From Glaucostegus cemiculus (taxonomy: Eukaryota): a DNA stretch of 64,000 nucleotides. Position 1 is the stretch's first letter. The number at the start of each line of letters is the position of its first letter. The stretch is from assembly GCA_976551045.1 (NCBI GenBank), contig CDPCPM010000091.1:1178001-1242000 (forward strand). The letters are read 5' to 3'. A model generated the notes under the pieces. It did no database searches. It was given only the letters and a program-made list of their open reading frames with translations, and was not told where the DNA came from. Of this stretch, positions 12,641 through 24,680 are shown piece by piece. The position numbers and the translations under genes were made by a program.

Positions 12641-13641
12641 ATTATTTCACCCAACTCAATTCCTTTTACGTCTAACCGTGGCCCAATTTCTGGTCTTCTA
12701 TAATAATATTTAAGGTAATTCTGAACAAAAATGCACACAAATAATTGTTCAAATTACAGCTATTATTGGCAATTTAAGCGGTTGTTGCGTTCTTTAACTT
12801 TCAACAATGTACTGTCTATATAAGTAAGCTTTGTGTTTTTTTTACTGACGGATAATGTCAAAACCTACCGCCAGCTCTTCAATGGCAGATAAGACCGGGC
12901 ACAATCAGCTCGTTGATGACCGAGCCGACACTGGATAATTGTAAGTGAGCTCGCGAGAAATACGCGAAGTTTTCTGCCAGTATTCTGCCGGGATAGACGT
13001 GAGGACGGCGAGGCGACGGTTGCGAGGTTAACCTTTCCCAGTTTGTTTTACCGCCACCGTCGTTAATCATCGAGGAATGTTAGAGCTGCCAAACAAACAA
13101 TAAATTTAGCTAGGAGTATTGGTAAATATCTTCGCACTAGCCTTTAGGCAACCAGCCTGAATATCAGCACGAAGTGAGCCCTAGATTTATATCCCAATGA
13201 ATTATACGATCTGGAAGACTAAGATTAATATTGTGCGACCGAACTACATTTTGTTTCAAACTTCGGTTGCTACACACGGTGTATAAACTGCATAAATCTT
13301 AACAATGTCACCTCCGCAGAAACAAAAGCATCAAAACCGCCTGTGTGGAAGCGGTAAGAATATTTTGTTTTAAATTTCGAGTGAGTTAAATTGCCGACAT
13401 TCGCCATTCGTGTTCTATCGCCCAAGACCAAGTAGCAGTACAAGTTTTACCCTTAAACGTGCTCAGTGGCATGGACGTGATACAACGCATTATAGATATT
13501 GCAAACTGAAACCGGCTCGTATGAAGAAACTGTACAGGACATCGTTTTTAGAAGCACTTTGCATCAACAGGCCTTATCATCGTCCACGCCTCATGCACTG
13601 ACTCTGGGTGATAATGCGGCCGTGGTAGACTCGGCGTTCAA

Positions 13642-14939
13642 TTTATTTCAAGATAATATAAACATCCACGTGAAATGTTTCATTGCGTTTATTGCACATA
13701 TACCAAATAGCCACACATTTAAAGATACTACATATAAATATTTGCGGAAAAAGCAGACGTTATGACAAGTACGTTATACACGACGGCACGTGAATTTCAT
13801 ACGGCGTAGGATAAACTTCTTTTTGTTTACTTGGCAAATGTTACAGTACAAAATGAAACACCAGTCCGATTTTCTCCGTTTTCCTCACCGAAACGAATAC
13901 TTTGTCTCCGAAAATCTAGCAGGAGATTCTGGCTATAACTTTACTAACTTTAGCAGTAACTTATATAGATAATGTCCATATTCGAGAAATACCAACTTCA
14001 AACACTTTCAGGGACTGCATGTAAATTAAGTTGGTCCTCCGTGGAATTTAGTTTATATTAAATAAGTAATAGTCCCATCTTCATCCATCTTGAGCACTGA
14101 GGTTGCAGGTTGGTTCACCTAGTTTTAAATATATAAAATGCGACTTGTTTAATATAAACAATGCGTAACATAAATATGCCTGTACACAAGCGTACAGCCG
14201 GAGGTAGTGTCATTCAACACAATCTTACCATGAATCTGGCAGCGTCCATTCCTGAACATCGATACTTCCAAAGCTCACATACAGCACGATAACAAGGTGA
14301 GGATAGGGATCAGAGAATACTGTGAGATAATAAACAGTCCTTAAAAAATCTTAAATCTCTTTGGAAAGTACAGCCAGTGTGGTCAAGTTGTTTCAAAATA
14401 AAACTTATGGTTGCTCTGTTACACGTATTCTAAAATGTTTAAAGAAACATCACACAAAAGTACAGTATTTGCTGTTTCTCGCCTAAGTGACATGACCATC
14501 TATGTTAAGGCAATCGATGTGGAAATGCAGGGGCCCTCGACGTTCTGATTATCGGAAATCTCTTTTCACTGTGGAATGTAATGTGACCAGGGCAAAACCA
14601 TTTTCACTGCAAAACTGGCCCAGCCTCACAGCTCGTTCCTTCAGTGTCCAGATTATCCCATCCATCACCCGTGCCTGCCCCGCTGGAGAATGCTGCATTC
14701 TTTGCCCTGGTCCAAATCTTAGTGTTGATATGAAGTAGCTTTTCATTTTCTTCTCCAATATTGCTAGGGGCGAACGCTTAAGGAGGAATCTTGCCGTGAA
14801 GGTTCTGTGGGGTTTTTTTTACAATGAATTGACGCGTACAGAACTAGACCGAGCGGGCAACGCCTCTCCAGCCACCAGGCTCCCCGTCCTTCGGGGCTGC
14901 TGTGCGCTCGCTTTCGGTGCGAATTTTCGGTCGGCCGTC
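13642..14939 (-). other. ADRB1: ADRB1 3' UTR with candidate poly(A) signals (AATAAA on minus strand at 13693-13688 and 13647-13642)
   Basis: tttatt on + strand at both positions; AU-rich elements between the stop and these signals. Confidence 0.55.
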
Positions 14940-16175
14940 CTAGAACTGCGACTCTCCATCTTCCTGACGGAGGTTGTCCTTCTGCGAGTCCACGTCGCCC
15001 CCGTTGCTTTCCTGCACCCTGCTCCACTCCGGCCAATTCTCCAGGCTGCTGGGATCCAGAGTACCGCCAAACATTCCCGAGCAGCGGGACAGTTCCCCAG
15101 AGCCCGAATACAGTCTGCTGTCCGCGGCGCTGGGACAAAAGAGTAACTTTTTAAAGGCCGCCCTGAAGTCGGGACTCTTGCAGTAAATGATGGGATTGAA
15201 AGCCGAGTTGACATAGCCGAGCCAGTTAAAAAACAGAAAGAGCTTGTCAGGGACTATGCCAGGGCGGAACGCCTTCACCACATTTGCCAGAAAGAAAGGC
15301 AACCAGCAAAGGGTAAACGTCCCCATAATAATCCCCAGGGTCTTTAAAGCCTTGTGGTCCCTGATGGCGATAATCCTGGAAGGTCTCCTTCGGCCTGCCC
15401 TGCCGTTTGGGATGAAGTGGCTGGTATAAAACCTTCCCTCACACTTGTCGATCTTCTTCATCTGCTTCTTGGCTTCTTGAAAGACGCGGGCATAGACGAA
15501 GATCATGATCACCAGGGGTAAGTAGAAGGAGATGATGGATGAGGCAACCGCGTAGGCTTTGTTGGTTACGAAGTCGCAGCAGCATGGGTCATTGTAACAG
15601 CGAATGGCATCGGGCCCGTCGTCTCTCCACCAGTGCATCATGATGGGGAGCAAGGAGATGAGGGCAGAAATCGCCCAGACCACACACACGATCACCCGCG
15701 CCCTGGCTTTAGTGAGCAAGCTCTGGTAACGGAAGGGAGAGGTGATAGCGATGTAGCGGTCTATGGCGATCACGCACAGAGTCTCGATGCTGGCTGTCAC
15801 ACACAGCACGTCAACTGAAGTCCACATTTCGCAGAAAACCGAGCCATACAGCCAGTTACCTCGCACCACCAAGGTCGCGCCGAGTGGGACCACTAGAAGT
15901 CCCATAATCAGATCTGCACAGGCCAGAGATACAATGAAAACATTGGTTAGGGTCTGCAGCCGCTGGTTCTTTGCGATGGCATACACCACCAACAGGTTGC
16001 CCAGCACTATGATCAGGACGATGACTGCCATGACTGTGCCCATGCCTATCACCCACTGTTCAGAGAAGTCTTGCTGATGAGGCTGGTTTGGACTTACCCC
16101 GTTTGCAGGATTGACAAATATTATTGCGGTGGATTTATTATTATGGCAATCCATAGAGGAGAATCCGTCTCCCAT
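14940..16175 (-). CDS. ADRB1: Beta-1 adrenergic receptor, intronless, 411 aa
   Basis: Class A GPCR with DRY, TM3 Asp (SVDVLC), TM5 serines (ASSIISF), CWLPFF and NPIIY; beta-1-type RLQTLTN, RYQSLLT, MHWWR, RRPS and TM7 LFLFFNW; ES-x-hydrophobic C-terminus; strong Kozak acaATGG; lies between NHLRC2 and CCDC186. Confidence 0.95.
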   Translation of the reverse strand: MGDGFSSMDCHNNKSTAIIFVNPANGVSPNQPHQQDFSEQWVIGMGTVMAVIVLIIVLGNLLVVYAIAKNQRLQTLTNVFIVSLACADLIMGLLVVPLGATLVVRGNWLYGSVFCEMWTSVDVLCVTASIETLCVIAIDRYIAITSPFRYQSLLTKARARVIVCVVWAISALISLLPIMMHWWRDDGPDAIRCYNDPCCCDFVTNKAYAVASSIISFYLPLVIMIFVYARVFQEAKKQMKKIDKCEGRFYTSHFIPNGRAGRRRPSRIIAIRDHKALKTLGIIMGTFTLCWLPFFLANVVKAFRPGIVPDKLFLFFNWLGYVNSAFNPIIYCKSPDFRAAFKKLLFCPSAADSRLYSGSGELSRCSGMFGGTLDPSSLENWPEWSRVQESNGGDVDSQKDNLRQEDGESQF

Positions 16176-16294
16176 TGTAGGTGCCGCTTTGTGGAGGAGC
16201 CGAGAGCAGGCACGAGTCTCATTTGCACGTCTCCCCGCCGATGTTGCCTCCTTCCCTCATCCTGTTCCTTTGGCACCAGCAACAGGCGGCTTGC

Positions 16295-16350
16295 TTCAGA
16301 TAAGCGGCCCGCCCGCCCCCTTACGTTGCCCGGCGGATAATCCAATGAGC
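16295..16350. promoter_or_regulatory. ADRB1 proximal element cluster: GATA (agataag), GC boxes (cccgcccgcccc), CCAAT
   Basis: Motifs read directly 120-175 nt upstream of the ATG. Confidence 0.45.
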
Positions 16351-16702
16351 TGTTACCCTGCCCTCTCTCTGACACCACCTTCTCCCTGTCCAACAACCCT
16401 GAGAGTCAATAACACCGAGCAAACTTCTGAAACAATTGCCTCCGGATGCTTTGCAAGTTTTCTTTAAAAAGGATGTTTCCAAATTGCGAAAATGGGGGGA
16501 AAAATCCCCAGACTTTGTGGAAAAGCTAAAGGGTAAAAAAAATCACAAAGGTTAACACAAATTGTCAAAAGTTTACCAAGAAACGCCGTAGCAGTTAACA
16601 AATCACACCTGTTCTTCATCCCCAGTTTCTAATTCGCAAGTAGCAATCCCATGGAAATTAAGCTGCTAGAACTATTCAGACAGAAATGGTGAGTCCTTGC
16701 TC

Positions 16703-16710
16703 CTTTTATA
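16703..16710 (-). promoter_or_regulatory. Candidate TATA box (TATAAAAG) oriented toward ADRB1
   Basis: Consensus match on the minus strand ~530 nt upstream of the ATG, within the CpG domain. Confidence 0.4.
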
Positions 16711-19700
16711 TTTCGCTGGGCCAGCAACAGACTGCATGTACAGCTCGTTCCAACTTCAGAAGCCGTGGAATAAGTCCCACCCTTTTCCTCATCAAAACTG
16801 CTCGAAAAGATTCTTTGCGGTGTAGCTATTGTACACTCTGCTGTCCGTCTGAAACCCGTAACACAATTAAAGCGGCCGCCTCAGACCAAGAATTCCAACT
16901 CTTTGCAGCAAGTCGAGCATTGTCAGTGGCGTCCCCTCGTTGCACGTCTGCATGCAGACTGCGAGCCGCTCTTCAGATCTCGGGCTGTTTAAATCGAAGA
17001 TTGTAATAATGCAAGCAAGTCAGAGATGATGAACTTGCACTAGTCCATTAACCCAATTCCTTTCAGCCTATGTGCAGTAGACTTGTGTGCAGTGCAGATT
17101 TCGTTATCTCAGAAAATGTTAAAGGAAAAACAGCCTGTGTATTGCATAATTACGAAGATTGTCCTGAACGCCCAAAGGTAAGCCCGTGGAAAAAAGTAGA
17201 GTACTAAATCCAATCTCTGCTAGTCAACCATAACCAAATAGAAACCACAGATAACAATCGCCCTTCTTACTGTTCTGGAACATCTTTGAATCACGTGACA
17301 CAGGACACTACTAGAGACTGCAAGATTTTTGAATGGGCGTGCCAAATGGTCCTTAGCACTTGAGAAGTTTTGCTGGGATCTTCAATGAGGCATCTTTTTT
17401 AAAAAGTGTTTTTGACTTTTGATGTAATATTTCTGATAGCTACTTTACATACCCATTTTTCCAGCTGGAAACTATCCTCTTTCCCTATATTTTTCTCTGA
17501 GCTCTGCAAATTTCATATTCAAACTGATTCTATGATTACACTCTGCTAAATAATTCATTTAAATCTGTGCTTTCAAACCCTTGGTGCGAATAAGTAGGCA
17601 TGTTTTGAACATAATTAATTTTTCCCACACCCTAAGCATTGCAGCTCCCAGAAATAACCTTATTGTCCTTGTGTGACTGTCTTCAATTCATTGCTACCCT
17701 CTTACAGTCATTATGCCACAGTATGACCAACAAATGTGATAATTAAAAAAAATTGTTAACCAAATAATGTTGGGATGCATTTTAATAATGAGTTTGTATT
17801 TTGTTAAACAGGCAGCAGTAGCTTTTTTATACTAAAACTCACCTTTTGTAACAAAACATGTCAATCAAATTAAAGCGGTAAGTTTTCATTGGATGGTTTC
17901 TGGAGCAAATATATTTAAGACATTGCATGAAGAACTAAAAGATTAAAAAGCAGATAAAGTTTTTAGAATTCTTTGAATAAGTAGTAGTTACTTAAATTAT
18001 TTTAAAAGAGAATAGTTGCTTGACAAGAATATGTGTTATAAGGAATAAGCTGAAGAATGGGATTGATTCAGGTGTGTCATCTGGAGAAACTACTAATGCA
18101 GGCTCTCAGTAGGATGGATGACCTGTTTTTATGGAGTAACATTTTAAGGAAACTGGTCATCAAATTTTTGTGACTTATTATGAGAACTTCCTGCAAGACT
18201 TGTTCTGGAATTTCAGTGATCTTTTAGGAATGCTGGTATCCATGTAGCATTTATGTAGAGACCTCTTTTTTTGTGGCAAATTTTTTTTGAAATGAAAAAT
18301 GAAAAGATAAGCAAATCTGAAATAATGGATAATACTGTAAAGAGGAAAACCTTTTTTCCAAATCTTTGTCATGGGATAGTTTCTTCAGGGGCTTTTGACC
18401 CTCTGGTTGTTGAACTAGTAGGTTATCAATGGCCACACCAGACTTTGTTTTTAAACTTTTTAAGTTAAAGCCCTTGACCAAATGTCTTTGGCCTCTTACC
18501 ATTTTCCCTAACATTGAGCTCCTCACACCCCTTGGTTTGTGCTTTTAGTATATAACAAGCATGATAGAACAAGAAAAAAAACTCTGCTTATCATTTGTAA
18601 ATAACATTAGCAGGAGAGAGGCCACTGATTGACCTACTTATTGTATCTCTGTCAAGCTTTGTCTATCTATCATTATCTTTGTCTTTCTAATGCCAAGCCA
18701 ATTTTCTGATGGCTGGCTGGCAATTAATTCATTGTCCATTTATTTTCCCTAAGAGCTTGTGAAGTATAACTTTGTCAAATGAATAATGGCAATATAAACA
18801 TATTATTTTCACTGTCTTTAGTGACTAATATTATTCCTTACAAGATTTTCAAAACATTTGTGAAATGTGGCCTGAAATCATGCAGATTACTCTTTTGTCC
18901 CCTTTGTTCTTGAAATGACACTTTGTTCAGTAATGACCAGGACTCTCTTTTAATACTTATTCATCTTTGTCTTTCATGTTACCAAGAGGTTTGGCAGCAG
19001 TTCAACAGAATCTCTAGTCAGGAATACAAAGTTTTAATTCAGCTGTGATTCCATATTTCCTTATAAGACCATTTGGCCCTGCAAGTCTATGCCCGCTCAT
19101 GGAGCGATTTTATCCCCCCAACTAATTTTCCCTGTTTTCTCTTCTCCCTATATTTCCGTCACCTCCTACCAGATTTCACCACTAACCTATGCTGCTGGCA
19201 TAATTTAGAGTGTCCAATTAACCTACCAATGCACATGTCCTGGGATGTGGGAAGTAGCAAGAACTTCTGGTGGAAACCCAACTGGTCATGCTACCGGAGG
19301 TCAGAATTGAACCTGGATCGCTGGTACTGTGAGGGGGGTGCCTCTTCTAGCTGTACCATAGGGCTGCCCATGACCTAATGCATGTATTGCAAATGTAATG
19401 TATGTATTATATGTATACCATAAAATGTATTGTCCATTTTATGGTATTAGTTTGCTGAGCAGGTTCTGTTTTACATTTATTAATATGGTCTCTACTTGCA
19501 GAAATCACCCAAATGCTGTGTTCATACCTGTCTGATATAAAGAACATTGTAATTACTAACATAATACTAACCACCTTTTTATTTTTTTTGCCTTTAGATT
19601 TCTATCCATCAATTCCACAGGCTATAATCAAACCTCACTATAAAAATATAATTTATCCTAACCTGCCTTTAATTCTTTCCACGTTGTGGTGACAAGCTTG

Positions 19701-22089
19701 CTCCATAGAAATAAGAGGTGAATCCATATTGGCATAAGCAAATTGTTGATTATTTATACAGTTAATTAGCAGTTTAAATTTAGGGCTACAATTATTCTCT
19801 AATTATCTGTATTTAATTTACTAATACATAGTAACTGCAAATACAAATCTGCTGCACAGTATCAAATTTTACCTGTTCAGTAATTATGCAGAGAAATTCT
19901 GTGAACTGTGTTTTGCATTTGTAATGATGTTGAAACTGTCAGTGTTCTGTCAATACAGTACAAAACTGAGAACAATTTCTGGTATCAGCACACCAAATTT
20001 AACATATGGCTCCATAACTTAGATCCTGCTCCTCAACAGGGTGTGCTGTTGCATCCTCTAGAATGGAAAAATTGAATTGAGAAAACAAAATCAATTGTTT
20101 GCTAGCTATCCTCGCACGTTGCATGTGGAATAATAGAGTTTCCTATGGGTTGCTAAACCACACTTATTCTTCTTCATCTCCATTGTCCTGAAAATCTAAT
20201 TTAGTGTGGAGTTTAGTGCCCTCTGAGGGATGATTTCACAATGCTTAGGGTTAGAATAAAATTAAAGTATTTTAAAAGTTTAAGACATTTCAGTTTTGTT
20301 TTACCTTAATGTCATGTCTATGACCTAATCTTTATTTAGTTCTATTGGGGAAAAAAATGAGTTAAAATCTGAGCTTTCACTCTTGGGGTTACTCTCTGTG
20401 AGAATCCTTCAATGTGACTGGTATTGGAGATATTATATTTGCTGGACATCAGACACCTCTTTGGCTGAAATTCATGTCAAGGAAGTTGAAATCCGTATCG
20501 CAGCTATCACTAGAATTTTGTGCAGACTCTCTTCAGACTTAGCAGTTAGTGCCATTACTTCACCACAGACCAAAGAATCTGGGCTATTATTAGTCTGAAG
20601 TGTGAACATATAATTATAATCGTACAATTGTAAAATAATTTTTCCTTCAGAGATTGTCTTTAAACTGCACATTTATGCTGCTTTAAACTTCTGCATAATA
20701 ATTTAAGCACTTGGTTATATAATATTATTCTCAATAAATTCTTTGTATTTGCAATAACATAGCATGTTATTTTTGTATGATCTACATTATTCTTATGTTA
20801 TTTAATTGGGCAAAACATTAGCACTTCTCACGCCCACGGGTTCCTTTTATCCCTTCAGAATAATTTTCCACAACAAGGTTTGTGAGTGTATTTCATAAAT
20901 AGTCAGCTATCATAATAATTAAGCACTCAATATTATTTGGCTGCAAACACACTGATGCCACAAAACTTTGGAAAAACAGGGCAGCAATCTTTGCAACAAC
21001 GTGTTCTTGCATTTGTGGTAAAAGGCCTTTGCATATAATTGCTTTCCTTGCCAGATTTGGTAATTTTCATCGAATCTCACATTTTCCAAGCATCCTTTTA
21101 ATTTGTCAAATAGCAGAACTAAATTAAGAAAATTCTAGATAGTGATCGGAGTGAGTCAACGTTACTATCTCAACCACTGGCACACTAAACATGGACCTTT
21201 TAATGAGCAAGATTTTGAGCACTCCAAATCTACACTTAAATCTTTTTGCAGAACAATTTTGATCACAAATGTTAATTACATGGAGAATGTGATTAAAATT
21301 TATAGAACTTCACAGTGCAGAGGGCTACTTGAGTCAATATACCCGTGCCGGCTCTTTGAAGGGATAACAATTCATCTCATTCTCCACTCTTTCCCTATAG
21401 TCATGGAGTCATTATGATTTGGAATGCACTGCTTGCAATTTTGAATGCAATGCCCCTTTGGAAGTTCTTTATTAAATTTGCCCTTGCACCTTTACAGGCA
21501 GTGCTTGCTCAATCATAACAGTTCACTACATTAAAAAGAAATCTGCACCTTCAGTCATTTGACTCTGTTAATTACCTTAAATTTGTCTCCTCTGGTTACC
21601 GACCCACACAGCAATGGAAACGTGTTTATACTTGCTCTTTATCCCTTGTAATCTTTAGCATCTCCAATGAAATGTTGCATTGACCAAAGATAATAACCGG
21701 ACAAGGAGGATGGCTTTCCACAAGAATATATCTTGTGGAAAGGAGGACTCTCTCTCTGCCTGATCAAAGTTCATGAAAGCTGTGGTGGTCAAGTAGCCAT
21801 TGTGGATGCTACATCCAGCCATCAGTTGTGTTTCATTCTGAATAAATTGGTTTATAACAGTCATACATTCATAATCCTTTATGACTACAAATTGATTACA
21901 GAATCCCTTAATATTTTTCACAAGTTTAGCACTGTATACATCTCTGATGCACTAGAAATTTGTTCCTCCAGTTTAGTTTAGTTAAAGAGTAGCTTGCTTG
22001 TCTTGAGCTTGGCTCACAGGAACTCCATGTTAAAAATATCTTTCCAAAAACTCCATGTGTATGTGTTGTTGCTTCCGCTAATAGTTGCA

Positions 22090-23670
22090 AAATAGCAGTC
22101 ATGATCTCAAAACATAGTTTTGAGAAATATATTTTGGTGGAGATGTTCTTTGTAGGCAGGCCCCTGAGATTGAGAATGATTTGGTTCCAATCTAGTTTTG
22201 TGGATCCTGAGGTGGCTCTTGAAGCCGATGCGGGAACTACAGACTCCCCCACGGATGGGGCTGACACTCTCAACTGTTGAGTAGTTTGTGAGATGCTGCA
22301 GGGCTTCTGTGTGTTCCTGGTGATTCCTGGACCACTTGGTGCAGTTATGGGCACGAGGCTTCCCAGGAGTCAGTTGGGATGTTGCACTTCTTCAAGAAAA
22401 CTGAGCACATCCTCAAACTTTTTTCTTTATCTATCTTGTAATCTCCTGTGACAGAGCTCAGGATGGTGTCAGGGTGTCGGGCAGCCAAAACACATGGCCT
22501 GCTCAACATAGCCAATCGATAGTAGATAGGATCTCAGTGCTGGGGGTGTTAGCCTAGAAGGTGATGCTGATGTTGGTTTGCTTATCCTTCAAACGAACAT
22601 GGAGGATTTTGCATACAGATTGGTGGTATTTTCCCTGTGCCTTGAGATACCTGGAGGTAATCCAGGTCTCAGAATGAACAGGAGGGCAGGAATAATCACT
22701 GTCTGCTAAACCATAAGTTTTGTGCCACATCAGAGATCTAGATCTTCCAGTATCCTTTTCAATTATCCCCTTAAGGCTGTGCTGGTATATTGAAGATGGT
22801 GGTGAATTTTATCACTGAATGCTGGCTCCTAAGATGTGGGAAGTTGTCCATGTTCTCAAGGGTCTTGTCATGAACCTTTATTGTCCAATGGTATGTGGGG
22901 CAGCCGGGGCATGTTGGTGGAGGACCTTAGCCTTGTGGATGCTGTGTTTAAGGTCCGTCCTCTCATGTGCTTTGGTGAATGATTTAACAATGTCTTGGAG
23001 CTTGTCCTTAAACCATGCACAAATGCAAGTGTCACCTGCATCCTGCAACCCCACAATGGAGGCTCAGGGGACCTTGGTCCTCAAGTGTAGGTTGTCATAG
23101 GTTAAAGAGTTCCCATTAGTTTTGAAGATTTGCTCCAATTCTACAGAAAGTTTTTGGTGGTGATGTGCAGTATTGCATTGAGAAAGAGTAAGAAAAATGT
23201 TGCGGAAATTACGCAGCCTTTTTTGGACAGCAGCCTTCACTGAAGTTGGCCTTGTAGACCCATTGTTTAGTATCATGGCTTGCATGCTGTCGAGAAGCAA
23301 ACCATGATACTAACCAATGGGCCTCCAAGTGAACTTCTGTGGGTAGCAGAACTGTAGGAGGATGCTTTACAGTCCCTCCTGTTTGATGGAGTGAGGTTGA
23401 TGAAGGCCATGTGCAGTGGCTCCCTGCATTTTTCTTGGAGTTGTTGCACAGTGAAGCATGTATCCACTGTGCCTCTGGGTGGACATAATCTACACTGTGA
23501 TTGAGGGGAATGGCTGTTTGAGGAGGACCCAGGCTGTGACTTTCCCTGTGGCAGACAGCAGGGAGACTTTACCCCGACCAACCAGTGTATTTACCGCAGA
23601 GTGAATAGTGTTACTGTTGGTGTCAGGACTCATACTCTTAAAGCTCTTAAAGGGCCAGATGTCTGTTGAA
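22090..23670 (-). mobile_element. Degenerate RTE-clade (BovB-like) LINE
   Basis: Minus-strand translation RGTVDTCFTVQQLQEKCREPLHMAFINLT matches the RTE RT signature; many frameshifts. Confidence 0.75.
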
Positions 23671-24463
23671 AAAAAAATGTATGAATGAACCATTATAGAG
23701 TTATTTCTAGAATAAAATAATAGTGTAAACTTATTTATGATATGTAAAAATGTTTATGTAGATATATCGTTTGTAGATGTACATATACAATAGAGTGCAG
23801 AACTGAATATACCTTTTATTATTAATTTTCATGTTTTATAGTGCAGTATACCCATCTTTCAACATTCTAAGTTGCAGTTGTTGTGAGACCACATATCTGG
23901 TAATGCTCACATTTGTCTTGACTAAAACTAATTACCCAAAGGGAAGAAGGCAGGGTGTAAAAGGACTGTGTTGGAAAGGGAGGTATTGAGAGGGTGCACA
24001 GTTGTGCATCTTCTACACCTGGTCTTTATTAATTATGTAAGTAATGGTCATGACACACAATAGTTAAATGCACAGCTGACACCAGACCAAAGGACAGAGA
24101 TTTTAGAGGGGGGCAGTCAAAAGCTCATAACAAACTTCCACCTGGTCCAATTAAAAGCAGATGAAGTTCAATAGAAACAGATGTACTTAATTGGATAATA
24201 TAGGACTTCACAGTGTAAAAGAGAAAGGATATCACTGCAGTTAGACACTGAGGTGGGCCTCATGCAAGAACTGGTTTATACATTAGATCACCTGAAAGAT
24301 CACTGGAATTACATTGCCATTCGTCACAATCAGAAACTGTGAGCTGACAGTTTGGAATAGATGGTTTACGTATCAAATCATCTGAATTCAAAATTGCAAA
24401 GTCAGAGTCATTTCCTATTCACGGAATTGAGGAAACATTTGGGCAGGAAGACGGATTGATAGA

Positions 24464-24680
24464 GAAACAAAGGACTGTGGATTCTGAAATCTAGATGAAG
24501 AAGCAACAAGATGCTGGAGGAACTCAGCAGGTCAGGCAGCGTCTGTGGAGAAAAATAGATGGTCAACATTTCGGGACTGAAGGTATGAAGAAGAGTCCTG
24601 ACCTGAAACATTGACCGTCTGTATTTCTCCACGGATGCTGCCTGGCCTGCTGTGTTCCTCCAACAGCTCATTGTTTCTTC
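24464..24680. mobile_element. Second fold-back Penelope-derived insertion with a 15-bp TSD
   Basis: Inverted arms (gctggaggaactcagcaggtcaggcagc / gctgcctggcctgctgtgttcctccaac); flanks agacggattgataga (24449-24463) and agactgattgataga (24681-24695) match at 14/15. Confidence 0.8.

Larger units (their letters stand above)
12780..17350. promoter_or_regulatory. CpG-rich domain spanning the ADRB1 promoter, CDS, 3' UTR and downstream flank
   Basis: CG dinucleotides are visibly abundant here against strong CpG depletion in the rest of the window (not quantified). Confidence 0.7.

Noticed and set aside
12276-12738. Minus-strand ORFs of 113 and 131 aa with repeated PAG motifs
   Set aside because: The periodicity comes from the ccagcagg DNA motif array; there is no recognisable domain or splice structure.
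14935-14960. C-terminal splice donor like that of the alternatively spliced avian beta-1 receptor
   Set aside because: The end reads GAG TCG CAG TTC TAG, with no convincing donor consensus.
14940-16175. Assignment as ADRB2 or ADRB3
   Set aside because: RLQTLTN, MHWWR, TM7 Phe, the ES-x-hydrophobic tail and the NHLRC2/CCDC186 synteny all favour ADRB1.
14764-16467. Several alternative-frame and antisense ORFs over ADRB1
   Set aside because: Expected shadows of a GC-rich coding region; no recognisable products. Only the ATG-initiated uORFs were kept.
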